From NCBI RefSeq assembly GCF_029227855.1, contig NZ_CP074356.1: 64,000 bases of DNA; one strand, 5' to 3'. Position 1 is the first letter of the stretch, and each line of letters starts with the position of its first letter. This DNA comes from Escherichia coli (GTDB taxonomy: Bacteria > Pseudomonadota > Gammaproteobacteria > Enterobacterales > Enterobacteriaceae). The position numbers and the translations under genes are program-made. This document shows, piece by piece, positions 45,017 to 54,900 of the stretch. The notes under the pieces are model-generated. The model was not told the DNA's origin and did no database searches. It saw only the letters and a program-made list of their open reading frames with translations.

Positions 45017-45169
45017 TGGAGGAATTATGAAACACTATCGGGAATCGTCTGAATGGCGGGCACATTTGCGAGCACGCATCCAGTAATAACACATGAAACT
45101 ATTTTATCTACGCGTTAGCGATAGACTACGTGCATGGCGAAAGGAGGTAAGCCGATGATTTCAGCGGGA

Positions 45170-45310
45170 CGCTGAAACGGGAAAGCCCCTCCCGAGGAAG
45201 GGGCCATAAATAAATAAGGAAAGGGTCATGATGAAGCTACTCATCATCGTGGTGCTCTTAGTCATTAGCTGGCCAGCTTACTAAGACTACCAGGGCGGGG
45301 GAAACCCCGC
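45170..45310 (-). ncRNA. sib: Sib-family antisense sRNA (antitoxin) covering ibs copy 1; ends approximate
   Basis: Sib antitoxins are encoded fully antisense to ibs; minus-strand hairpin gcccctc/gaggggc at 45184-45204 followed by a U-rich stretch could be the 3' end. Confidence 0.5.
45228..45284 (+). CDS. ibs: Ibs-family type I toxin (18 aa, MMKLLIIVVLLVISWPAY)
   Basis: Small hydrophobic ORF preceded by aaggaaagggtc SD; matches the Ibs toxin family pattern. Below the ORF-track length cutoff. Confidence 0.75.
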   Translation: MMKLLIIVVLLVISWPAY

Positions 45311-45497
45311 TCTACCCTCACTCCTGAAAGTATGCCTTCACGATAAGATTGTCAATCTGCAGGCTTTGCAGTCTGCGATCCTGCCAGCAAATATTCTTTG
45401 CGAGACGTTACGCAATAATCACACTGGAAACTATTTTATCCGCAAGTCAGCGATAGACTGCATACAGGGCGAAAGGAGGTAAGCCGACGATTTCAGC

Positions 45498-45638
45498 GGG
45501 ACGCTGAAACGGGAAAGCCCCTCCCGAGGAAGGGGCCTTAAATAAGGAAAGGGTCATGATGAAGATACTCATCATCGTGGTGCTCTTAGTGATTAGCTAC
45601 CCAGCATACTAAGACTACCAGGGCGGGGGAAACCCCGC
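45498..45638 (-). ncRNA. sib: Sib-family antisense sRNA covering ibs copy 2; ends approximate
   Basis: Position inferred by repeat periodicity relative to copy 1. Confidence 0.45.
45556..45612 (+). CDS. ibs: Ibs-family type I toxin (18 aa, MMKILIIVVLLVISYPAY)
   Basis: Second repeat unit; same SD and ORF architecture. Confidence 0.75.
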   Translation: MMKILIIVVLLVISYPAY

Positions 45639-45826
45639 TCTACCCTCACTCCTGAAATTATGCCTTCACGATAAGATTGTCAATCTGCAGGCTTTGCAGT
45701 CTGCGATCCTGCCAGCAAATATTCTTTGCGAGTCGTTACGCAATAATCACAGAGGAAACTATTTTGTTCACGCGTTAGCGATAGACTGCATTCAGGGCGA
45801 AAGGAGGTAAGCCGACGATTTCAGCG

Positions 45827-45967
45827 GGACGCTGAAACGGGAAACCCTCTCCCGGAGAAGAGGGCTTTTAATAAGGAAAGGGTTATGATGAAGCACGTCA
45901 TCATACTGGTGATACTCTTAGTGATTAGCTTCCAGGCTTACTAAGAACACCAGGGGGAGGTGGAAAC
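45827..45967 (-). ncRNA. sib: Sib-family antisense sRNA covering ibs copy 3; ends approximate
   Basis: Position inferred by repeat periodicity. Confidence 0.45.
45885..45944 (+). CDS. ibs: Ibs-family type I toxin (19 aa, MMKHVIILVILLVISFQAY)
   Basis: Third repeat unit; variant C-terminus (FQAY). Confidence 0.7.
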   Translation: MMKHVIILVILLVISFQAY

Positions 45968-46164
45968 CTCTCCCTAACCCTCACTCCTGAAATTATGTCA
46001 CTCCGCCCTTAGTGTCAATCGACGGCTCTCCGTTCTTGCGAGGCGAATAGCAAAATTTTCTGCGCCGCCGGGCCTAATTCTGAAAGTTTCTTCGTTTGCT
46101 CTTATTTCATTATTGCAGTCGGTATGATACCGGACCTCAATAATTCTCTAAGAAAGGATTTCTT

Positions 46165-46824
46165 ATGAGCGAACAAATCACGTTTGCCACCAGCGATTTT
46201 GCCAGTAACCCGGAACCACGTTGCCCCTGCATTTTGCTGTTGGATGTTTCTGGTTCGATGAGTGGTAGACCTATTAATGAACTTAACGCCGGATTGGTTA
46301 CCTTTCGCGATGAGCTGCTTGCCGATTCGCTGGCCTTAAAAAGAGTGGAACTCGGTATTGTGACGTTCGGCCCGGTGCATGTGGAACAACCCTTTACCAG
46401 CGCCGCTAATTTTTTCCCGCCCATCCTGTTTGCCCAAGGCGATACACCAATGGGGGCCGCCATTACCAAAGCCCTGGATATGGTTGAGGAGCGCAAACGT
46501 GAGTATCGCGCCAATGGTATTTCCTATTATCGTCCGTGGATTTTCCTGATCACTGATGGCGCACCAACCGATGAGTGGCAGGCTGCCGCCAACAAAGTGT
46601 TTCAGGGGGAAGAAGATAAGAAGTTTGCCTTCTTTTCCATCGGTGTTCAGGGGGCGGATATGAAGACTTTGGCACAAATCAGCGTTCGTCAGCCTTTGCC
46701 ACTGCAGGGATTACAATTCCGTGAACTGTTTAGCTGGTTATCCAGTTCGCTGCGTTCGGTTTCCCGCTCCACGCCGGGAACGGAAGTTGTGCTGGAAGCG
46801 CCAAAAGGCTGGACGTCAGTGTGA
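46165..46824 (+). CDS. yegL: von Willebrand factor A (vWA) domain protein
   Basis: 219-aa ORF with MIDAS motif [11 protein letters not shown]. Confidence 0.8.
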   Translation: MSEQITFATSDFASNPEPRCPCILLLDVSGSMSGRPINELNAGLVTFRDELLADSLALKRVELGIVTFGPVHVEQPFTSAANFFPPILFAQGDTPMGAAITKALDMVEERKREYRANGISYYRPWIFLITDGAPTDEWQAAANKVFQGEEDKKFAFFSIGVQGADMKTLAQISVRQPLPLQGLQFRELFSWLSSSLRSVSRSTPGTEVVLEAPKGWTSV

Positions 46825-47582
46825 GCTGGCGTCTGGTCTATGCATCAACCGTTGGAACGTCGCACATCAGCGCGGACTTGCCTTGCCAGGATGCCTGCCA
46901 GATGCAGGTTGCCTGGTTAAATGACCAGCAGCCATTATTGTCGGTATTTGTCGCTGATGGCGCAGGCAGTGTCTCGCAGGGTGGCGAAGGCGCGATGCTC
47001 GCCGTCAATGAAGCGATGGCTTATATGTCGCAAAAAGTGCAGGGCGGGGAATTGGGGCTTAATGATGTCCTCGCCACGGATATTGTGCTGACCATTCGTC
47101 AACGACTTTTTGCCGAGGCGGAAGCCAAAGAATTAGCGGTTCGCGATTTTGCCTGCACATTTCTGGGACTGATTTCATCGCCTGACGGCACCTTGATTAT
47201 GCAGATTGGCGATGGCGGCGTGGTGGTAGATTTGGGTCACGGTCTGCAATTGCCTCTCACGCCGATGGTGGGTGAATATGCCAACATGACGCACTTCATT
47301 ACCGACGAAGATGCCGTTTCCAGACTGGAAACTTTCACCAGCACTGGGCGTGCGCATAAAGTTGCAGCATTTACGGATGGTATTCAGCGACTGGCGTTAA
47401 ATATGCTGGATAATTCTCCGCATGTGCCTTTCTTTACCCCGTTTTTCAATGGACTGGCGTCAGCAACGCAGGAACAACTCGATTTATTACCTGAATTGTT
47501 AAAGCAGTTTTTGTCCAGCCCGGCGGTAAACGAGCGTACCGATGATGATAAAACGTTGGCACTGGCGCTGTGGTTACCATGA
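46821..47582 (+). CDS. yegK: PP2C-family Ser/Thr protein phosphatase
   Basis: 253-aa ORF; PP2C-like motifs (..[10 protein letters not shown].., ..IGDGGVVV..); GTG start overlapping the yegL stop. Confidence 0.8.
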   Translation: MSWRLVYASTVGTSHISADLPCQDACQMQVAWLNDQQPLLSVFVADGAGSVSQGGEGAMLAVNEAMAYMSQKVQGGELGLNDVLATDIVLTIRQRLFAEAEAKELAVRDFACTFLGLISSPDGTLIMQIGDGGVVVDLGHGLQLPLTPMVGEYANMTHFITDEDAVSRLETFTSTGRAHKVAAFTDGIQRLALNMLDNSPHVPFFTPFFNGLASATQEQLDLLPELLKQFLSSPAVNERTDDDKTLALALWLP

Positions 47583-49519
47583 AACCCACTTTATATACTG
47601 CTACTGGTGAGTGCGTTACGCCAGGCCGTGAACTGGGCAAAGGTGGCGAAGGCGCGGTTTATGATATCGAGGAGTTTGTCGATAGCGTCGCTAAGATTTA
47701 TCACACGCCGCCACCCGCCTTAAAACAGGACAAACTTGCCTTTATGGCTGCGACAGCTGACGCGCAGTTGTTGAATTATGTCGCCTGGCCGCAGGCAACG
47801 CTTCACGGTGGACGAGGCGGAAAGGTTATCGGTTTTATGATGCCAAAAGTTTCTGGTAAAGAACCGATTCATATGATCTATAGCCCGGCACATCGTCGCC
47901 AGAGTTACCCTCATTGTGCGTGGGATTTTCTACTCTATGTTGCGCGCAATATTGCTTCATCTTTTGCTACGATTCACGAGCACGGGCACGTCGTGGGTGA
48001 CGTAAACCAGAATAGCTTTATGGTAGGTCGCGACAGCAAAGTGGTGTTGATTGATAGCGACTCCTTTCAGATTAACGCTAATGGCACGTTGCATTTATGC
48101 GAAGTTGGCGTGTCGCATTTTACGCCGCCAGAGCTACAAACCTTGTCGTCATTTGTCGGCTTTGAACGCACAGAAAATCACGATAATTTTGGCCTAGCGT
48201 TGCTGATTTTTCACGTCTTGTTTGGTGGGCGGCATCCTTATTCTGGTGTGCCGCTTATCTCTGATGCGGGGAATGCACTGGAGACGGATATTGCCCATTT
48301 CCGTTATGCCTACGCGTCAGATAATCAGCGACGTGGTTTAAAACCGCCGCCACGATCTATTCCGCTGTCGATGTTACCGGGCGATGTTGAAGCCATGTTT
48401 CAGCAGGCATTCACGGAAAGTGGCGTGGCAACCGGGCGTCCGACGGCAAAAGCGTGGGTAGCGGCACTTGATTCTCTACGCCAACAGTTAAAGAAATGTA
48501 CCGTTTCGGCAATGCATGTTTACCCCGGTCATTTGACTGACTGCCCGTGGTGTGCGCTGGATAATCAAGGCGTTATCTATTTTATTGATCTCGGCGAAGA
48601 GGTCATTACCACCGGCGGTGATTTTGTGCTGGCGAAAGTCTGGGCGATGGTGATGGCGTCAGTAGCACCGCCAGCATTGCAACTGCCATTACCCGATCAT
48701 TTTCAACCGACCGGCAGGCCGCTTCCTTTAGGCCTGTTACGGCGTGAATACATCATTCTGATTGAGATCGCACTGTCAGCGTTATCGCTGTTGCTTTGCG
48801 GCCTTCAGACAGAACCGCGTTATATTATTTTGGTTCCTGTGCTGGCGGCTATCTGGATTATTGGCAGCCTGACAAGCAAAGCGTACCAAGCAGAAATCCA
48901 GCAACGCCGTGAGGCGTTTAATCGTGCGAAAATGGACTATGACCATTTAGTCAGCCAGACCCAACGGTTGGGCGGGCTGGAAGGTTTTATAGCCAAACGG
49001 ACGATGCTCGAAAAAATGAAGGACGAAATTCTTGGGTTACCGGAAGAAGAAAAGCGCGATCTGGCAGCACTTCAGGACACCGCAAGGGAACGGCAGAAGC
49101 AGAAGTTTCTGGAGGGATTTTTTATTGATGTTGCCTCTATTCCCGGCGTTGGCCCTGTGCGTAAAGCGGCGTTACGGTCCTTTGGTATTGAAACGGCGGC
49201 AGACGTTACCCGACGGAGCGTTAAGCAAGTGAAAGGTTTTGGTGATCATCTGACCCAGGCGGTTATCGACTGGAAAGCGAGTTGCGAACGCCGTTTTGTT
49301 TTCAGGCCGAACGAAGCGGTAACGCCTGCAGACAGACAAGCGGTAATGGCAAAAATGGCCGCCAAACGACATCGGCTGGAATCGGCGCTGACTGTCGGCG
49401 CGACAGAGTTGCAGCGATTCCGCCTTCATGCTCCAGCACGGACCATGCCGTTGATGGAACCGTTACGTCAGGCGGCAGAAAAACTGGCTCAGGCGCAGGC
49501 AGATTTAAGCCGCTGCTGA
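47579..49519 (+). CDS. yegI: Eukaryotic-like (atypical) Ser/Thr protein kinase with C-terminal extension
   Basis: ORF 47570..49519; ATG at 47579 overlaps the yegK stop (ATGA); Gly-rich loop LGKGGEGAVY, catalytic-loop-like HGHVVGDVNQNSF and DSDSF; predicted TM segment and helix-hairpin-helix-like C-terminus. Confidence 0.8.
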   Translation: MKPTLYTATGECVTPGRELGKGGEGAVYDIEEFVDSVAKIYHTPPPALKQDKLAFMAATADAQLLNYVAWPQATLHGGRGGKVIGFMMPKVSGKEPIHMIYSPAHRRQSYPHCAWDFLLYVARNIASSFATIHEHGHVVGDVNQNSFMVGRDSKVVLIDSDSFQINANGTLHLCEVGVSHFTPPELQTLSSFVGFERTENHDNFGLALLIFHVLFGGRHPYSGVPLISDAGNALETDIAHFRYAYASDNQRRGLKPPPRSIPLSMLPGDVEAMFQQAFTESGVATGRPTAKAWVAALDSLRQQLKKCTVSAMHVYPGHLTDCPWCALDNQGVIYFIDLGEEVITTGGDFVLAKVWAMVMASVAPPALQLPLPDHFQPTGRPLPLGLLRREYIILIEIALSALSLLLCGLQTEPRYIILVPVLAAIWIIGSLTSKAYQAEIQQRREAFNRAKMDYDHLVSQTQRLGGLEGFIAKRTMLEKMKDEILGLPEEEKRDLAALQDTARERQKQKFLEGFFIDVASIPGVGPVRKAALRSFGIETAADVTRRSVKQVKGFGDHLTQAVIDWKASCERRFVFRPNEAVTPADRQAVMAKMAAKRHRLESALTVGATELQRFRLHAPARTMPLMEPLRQAAEKLAQAQADLSRC

Positions 49520-49531
49520 GCCATTTTTCAA

Positions 49532-50884
49532 TTAACGAAACACCACTTCCGCCCAGCGTGCCAGCCCGGCGGTGACGGAGCCAAAGTCATCGCCGCCTGC
49601 AATCGGAATGCCCGGCAACTGTTCTGCCAGCGCTTTTTTAATCAGCGGCGAACGGGCGCTACCGCCGGTCAGGTAGATGACATCCGGTTTTTCCTGGGCG
49701 TTATCCAGCGCCAGTTGCACCTGTTCCAGAATCCGCATCAGTGGCTGGTTGAGGGCGCTTTCCAGCCCTTGCTGGCTAATCAGCGTAGCCAGTTCATCGC
49801 TGATAAACGGCAGTGAGGCGCGGGTTTCCGCTACGCTTGAAAGCGCAATTTTGCTCTCTTCTGCGCTACGTACCAGGCGATAGCTTAAACGCTGACGCCA
49901 GACTTTCTGTAACAGGGCCACTTTTTCCGGTTCGCGGGCATCGCGTACCAGATCGTTAAGCAGACGACCGTTGGCACTACTGTAGAAATCACTTTGCGCA
50001 GGTACGTCGTTGATGGCAACCGCATTCCACCACGGCAGAATCGGCAGGGCGATGCCTTTTTCGGTTTCGCCACCCATGCCCAGTAACGGCATCAGGTTTT
50101 TAAACGCCAGTGCGATATCCAGATCGTTACCGCCAATACGGCAACCACTGTGACCCAGCAGGCTGGCTTCACGATCGAGACGCGAACGCCACTGCGGCCC
50201 CATCAGCAGCAATGAACAGTCAGTCGTACCACCGCCGATATCCACCACCAGCACCCGTTTTTCTTCCTGCAAGGTGGCTTCGTAATCCAGCCCAGCCGCG
50301 ACCGGCTCGTACTGGAATACCACATCCTTAAACCCGGCACGCTTCGCCGCGCGTTCCAGAATCCCCTGCGCCTGGGTGTTTGCTTCATCGCCGCCCAGCC
50401 CCTGGAAGTTGATAGGGCGACCAATCACCGCCTGAGTAATCGCTTCTGGCAGCTGTGCCTGCGCCTGCTGGCGAATGTGCAACATCATTGCGCAGACCAG
50501 ATCCTCAAACAGCGCTACCTGCTGCGGTTTTAAGCCGCTGGCACCGAGGAACGATTTTGGTGATTTCACAAACCACACTTCTTCTGGATCATCAATGTAC
50601 TGTGCCAGTGAGGAAAGACCGAACTGCACGCTTTTCGCCGTAACATCGATATCTTCTTCGCGGTTATAACGAATCGCCCGACGCAACAGCGCCTGCGTTT
50701 CATCGTCGTCTGCCGGAACATCATGATGGCGGTACAGCCATTCGCTTACCGCTTCACGCGTTGGCGCGCAAAGCATTGAAGGCAGCAGCGTGCTGTCGTT
50801 TTCCATTTTCAGTAATTGCGGCTTACCGTCGCGCATGACCGCCACTGAACAGTTTGCTGTACCGTAATCAAAACCAATAAACAC
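49532..50884 (-). CDS. yegD: Hsp70-family (actin-like ATPase) protein YegD
   Basis: ORF 49532..50947; start placed at the GTG giving (M)FIGFDYGTANCSVAV (450 aa); DnaK-like phosphate-1 motif. Confidence 0.85.
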   Translation of the reverse strand: MFIGFDYGTANCSVAVMRDGKPQLLKMENDSTLLPSMLCAPTREAVSEWLYRHHDVPADDDETQALLRRAIRYNREEDIDVTAKSVQFGLSSLAQYIDDPEEVWFVKSPKSFLGASGLKPQQVALFEDLVCAMMLHIRQQAQAQLPEAITQAVIGRPINFQGLGGDEANTQAQGILERAAKRAGFKDVVFQYEPVAAGLDYEATLQEEKRVLVVDIGGGTTDCSLLLMGPQWRSRLDREASLLGHSGCRIGGNDLDIALAFKNLMPLLGMGGETEKGIALPILPWWNAVAINDVPAQSDFYSSANGRLLNDLVRDAREPEKVALLQKVWRQRLSYRLVRSAEESKIALSSVAETRASLPFISDELATLISQQGLESALNQPLMRILEQVQLALDNAQEKPDVIYLTGGSARSPLIKKALAEQLPGIPIAGGDDFGSVTAGLARWAEVVFR

Positions 50885-51017
50885 GAAATAATCCCCATGC
50901 CGGTGAAGAAGGGGCGTGACTTTAGCGAAATGTTGCCGTCGCGACAACCGGAATATGAAAGCAAAGCGTAGCGTCTGAATAACGTTTATGCTGAAAGCGG
51001 ATTAACAAGGAGATGCG

Positions 51018-51875
51018 ATGTATACCTTGAACTGGCAGCCGCCGTATGACTGGTCGTGGATGTTGGGATTTCTCGCCGCCCGTGCGGTGAACGGTGTGGA
51101 AACGGTCGCTGACGATTATTATGCCCGTAGTCTGGCGGTGGGCGAATGTCGCGGCGTGGTGACTGCTATTCCGGATATAGCCAGCCATACTCTGCACATA
51201 AATTTAAGTGCAGGTTTAGAACCCGTTGCCGCAGAGTGTCTGGCGAAAATGAGCCGCCTGTTTGATCTGCAATGTAACCCGCAGATTGTTAACGGTGCGT
51301 TGGGCAAGTTAGGCGCGGCACGGCCCGGATTGCGTTTACCCGGTTGTGTTGATGCTTTTGAGCAGGGCGTGCGGGCGATTTTAGGCCAGCTGGTGAGCGT
51401 GGCGATGGCGGCAAAATTGACCGCCAGAGTGGCACAGCTTTATGGCGAACGGCTGGATGATTTTCCGGATTATGTCTGCTTCCCCACGCCTCAGCGGCTG
51501 GCAGCAGCCGACCCGCAGGCATTAAAAGCGTTAGGTATGCCGTTGAAACGGGCAGAGGCGCTGATTAATCTGGCAAATGCGGCGCTGGAGGGCACCTTAC
51601 CAATGACAATTCCGGGCGACGTAGAGCAAGCGATGAAAACGCTGCAAACTTTTCCGGGTATCGGGCGCTGGACGGCGAATTATTTCGCCTTACGTGGCTG
51701 GCAGGCGAAAGATGTTTTCCTGCCGGATGATTATCTGATTAAACAGCGATTTCCGGGAATGACACCGGCACAAATCCGCCGTTATGCCGAACGCTGGAAG
51801 CCCTGGCGTTCTTATGCGCTGTTGCATATCTGGTATACGGAAGGCTGGCAACCAGACGGAACGGACGAATTGTAG
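51018..51875 (+). CDS. alkA: DNA-3-methyladenine glycosylase II
   Basis: 285-aa ORF; HhH-GPD motif region (..TFPGIGRWTANYFALRG..). Confidence 0.9.
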   Translation: MYTLNWQPPYDWSWMLGFLAARAVNGVETVADDYYARSLAVGECRGVVTAIPDIASHTLHINLSAGLEPVAAECLAKMSRLFDLQCNPQIVNGALGKLGAARPGLRLPGCVDAFEQGVRAILGQLVSVAMAAKLTARVAQLYGERLDDFPDYVCFPTPQRLAAADPQALKALGMPLKRAEALINLANAALEGTLPMTIPGDVEQAMKTLQTFPGIGRWTANYFALRGWQAKDVFLPDDYLIKQRFPGMTPAQIRRYAERWKPWRSYALLHIWYTEGWQPDGTDEL

Positions 51876-51896
51876 GCCTGATACGCCGCATCAGGC
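51875..51896. repeat. REP-like palindrome
   Basis: gcctgatacgccgcatcaggc between the convergent alkA and dgcE. Confidence 0.4.
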
Positions 51897-51912
51897 GATG
51901 GGGAAGCTCGCC

Positions 51913-54900
51913 TCAGTTAATCGCGAAATAACTGCTATTCACCAGCAAATCCAGCGGTTGGGCATCGGCAATCACATCGCCATAAATCAGATCGACGCCG
52001 ATGCCAGAAAGCGTATCCATCACCAGGGGTAAAACTACTGGCCCGGCGATGGTCTTCATCCCGAGCCGCTGAGCGTGCCCCTGAATGATCGTAATCAGCA
52101 TCTCATCCATCAAATTTCCCTGCACGTTGGCGCATAACTCACCATCAAGTAGTAGGTAATCTGCCATATTTGCTTTCAGCGAGTTGAAGATTTGCAGATC
52201 GCGGCCCACCTGACTGAATACGATCCGACATCCCGCCAGCCGCAGTTTTTGCACGCTTTCTGCGTGATCTAAAATCGCTTCTGCCGGAATAATCAGATGT
52301 AATAACCGTGGTGGTAAAGGGCTGTTTTCCAGCTGTTCAAGCAGTTCATTTACCAGTGTGGCGCTACTCAAACCGGCAACAGAAAGGGGGAGGGCGATGC
52401 TTATGCCTTTACTGGCAATCGCTTTTGCGGCCTGCTGGAAAAAATCGTGGAATACCCGTCGGTCAAGAGCATGGCTAAGTGCCGGATCGCTGAAGCTACG
52501 ACGAAATGTTTGTTCATCAATAATCTCGCCTTCGCAACTCCAGAGCTTAAGTGAAATCAGCCACAAATTACGTGCTTCCGGGATCCGCGGCGAAGCGACA
52601 CCGTGGGCGATCATCATCAACTGATTCTCTTTAATCATCCGCCACTGTTCATCAAGCGACATCGCCGCCCGTTCGCTATGTGCGGTAGCTTGCTGCGGTT
52701 CGTAAATCGTCACCCGGCCCCGGCCACCATTTTTGGAGGCATAACAGGCGATATCAGCCTGCGACATCACTTCAGCCGCCTGATGATTGTTGTCATCAAT
52801 CAAGGTAATCCCGGCACTGGCACCTACCCGATGTACACGTCCTTCCCAGATAAAGTGATAGTCATTCACGGCGCTGATAATGCGTGTAGCGATAAAACGC
52901 GCACTTTCGACATTACAATCTGGCAGCAGCAGACCAAATTCATCGCCACCGAGTCGCGCCAGCACGTCGCTGGAGCGCAGCATACTCAGCATCAACGACG
53001 CCAGTTCGCGCAGTAAAGCGTCGCCAGCGGCGTGCCCGGCGCTGTCATTCACCGCTTTAAAGCGATCAAGATCGATAAACACCAGTGCATGTCGCTGATG
53101 TGTACTGTTTACCGTTTGCAGCAGGATGCGTAGTTGCTTCTCAAAACTGGCGCGATTGGCGAGATGCGTCAGTGCATCATGGGAGGCGCTGTAGCTCAGC
53201 TGGCGCAGCATTTTGCGCGATTCGGTGACGTCCTGAATCACCAGAACCGAGCCTATATTGCTGCCGTCCAGAGTACTTAACGGCGTAATACTATAATGCA
53301 CGTCGTAGCTGCCGCCGCTCCGACAGTGCAACACCACATCTTGTTCAATCGCGGAACGTGAGGTGTCGGCACTGTAAATGTTCTCCATTAATGGTCCGTT
53401 GTCGCCAAAAGTAATATGCAACACCGTTAGGAGCGGAACACCTAATGCTTCTTCCTGCGTCCAGCCGCTCATCTTCTCCGCCACCGGATTCATAAAGGTA
53501 ATTTTCATCGCCATATCAATACAGACCACGGCTTCACCGATGGAGTCCAGCGTAATGTGCAGGCGCTCTTTTTCCTGAAACAATGCCTCGTTAAGCTGTT
53601 TCACTTCGGTCATATCCATATTAATGCCGAGCAGGCGTTCGACTTCGCCTTCTTTATTCAGTACCCGGTTAGCGAGGGCGCGGATATGGCGAATGCCGTC
53701 TTTCACGGTAATGCGAAATTCCAGTTTAAAGGGAGAGCGTGATTGCAATGAATCGCGAATCACTTTTTCGGCGTGCTGGCGATCTTCCGGCAGCACGCAC
53801 TCGTACCACACCTGCCAGTTCGGTTTGATATGCGGAGGAATTTCATACAGCTCGAACATCCGCTTATCCCAGCTAAAAATATTCGGCTTTAGCTCCCACT
53901 CCCAGATGCCAATCCCGCCCGCTTCGTTAGCCAGCGTGATGCGCTCCATCAGTTGCTGATTCACCTGTTCGGTGCGTTTTAGCTCGTTAATGTCTTCAAT
54001 CTGAGCGATAAAATAGAGCGGCGTGCCATCCGTGTGGCGTACCAGTGAGACGGCAAGCAACGCCCAGACAACATCGCCATTGCGGTTGTAGTAGCGTTTT
54101 TCCATTGAATAGGTGTTTATTTCACCGCTGATCAGCTTTTCAACCTGTTGCAGATCTTTATTGAGATCCTCCGGCCAGGTCAGTTGCTGAAAGGTGAGTC
54201 CGCGCAGTTCTTCCTGACTGTAACCGAGAAACTGGCAGAGTGCTTTGTTGGATTGCAGCCATTGCCCTTCGGTGCCCACTAATGCCATGCCGATGGCGGA
54301 ATATTCCATCGCGTTACGAAAACGGGTTTCGCTTTCGGAAATGTGTTTGCGTTCCGCACGAAAGGCATACATCACCATGGTCATGATGTTGGCGGGCAGC
54401 AGGATCAGCAAAAACGGTAGCCACGGCATATGGCTCATCAGGTATGTACGCGGCGTAGCAAGCAGGGAGGGATCAGCGGCCATCATCAGTGACACCATCA
54501 TCACCGTGGTAAGGAAGATCAAAAAGGCTTCCATTCGTGGCAGGCGCACGGCGCTCCACATCAACAGCACAATAATGAAAGTAAAAGGCCACGGCAGATA
54601 CAGCATCGAAAGCCAGCTTAACGTCAGTGTGATGGCTAACGTGAGCAGCGACTCAAAAAGCAACCGTGGGTTGCGATGGCGCAGCAGATAGTGTGGTTTA
54701 AATAACAACCCCAGCGGCACCAGTGCCAGTGCGCCGATGGATTCTGAAAGTACCCATATCAAAAATGCCCTGAGAGGATCGTCTCCGGGCGTCAGCAGGA
54801 CAACCAGAACACCCCCCAACAGAGGCGGAACAATGGCGCTGCCGAGTGCCAGACGCAGCCAGTCAGCCAGATTTTGCAATGGGTTATACCACGGCAGCAA

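Larger units (their letters stand above)
45100..46060. repeat. Three tandem ~328-bp ibs/sib (QUAD-type) repeat units
   Basis: Three near-identical units; ibs start codons at 45228, 45556 and 45885 (spacing 328 and 329 bp); each unit has a conserved SD plus 18-19 codon hydrophobic ORF and flanking hairpins. Confidence 0.75.

Noticed and set aside
43698-45092. Long 464-aa form of mdtA starting at 45092
   Set aside because: The first 49 codons lack signal-peptide character and overlap the promoter/BaeR-box region; the internal Met ([16 protein letters not shown]) gives the expected membrane-anchored fusion protein.
45100-46060. Possibility that the tandem repeats are a CRISPR array
   Set aside because: Repeat period is ~328 bp, not 28-37 bp repeats with 30-40 bp spacers, and each unit contains an SD-led small ORF; consistent with ibs/sib units. 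No cas genes in the window.
49532-50947. 471-aa form of yegD starting at the ATG at 50947
   Set aside because: The conserved Hsp70 N-terminal motif begins at the internal GTG (FIGFDYGTANCSV); the upstream 21 codons are likely untranslated leader. Start choice remains uncertain.
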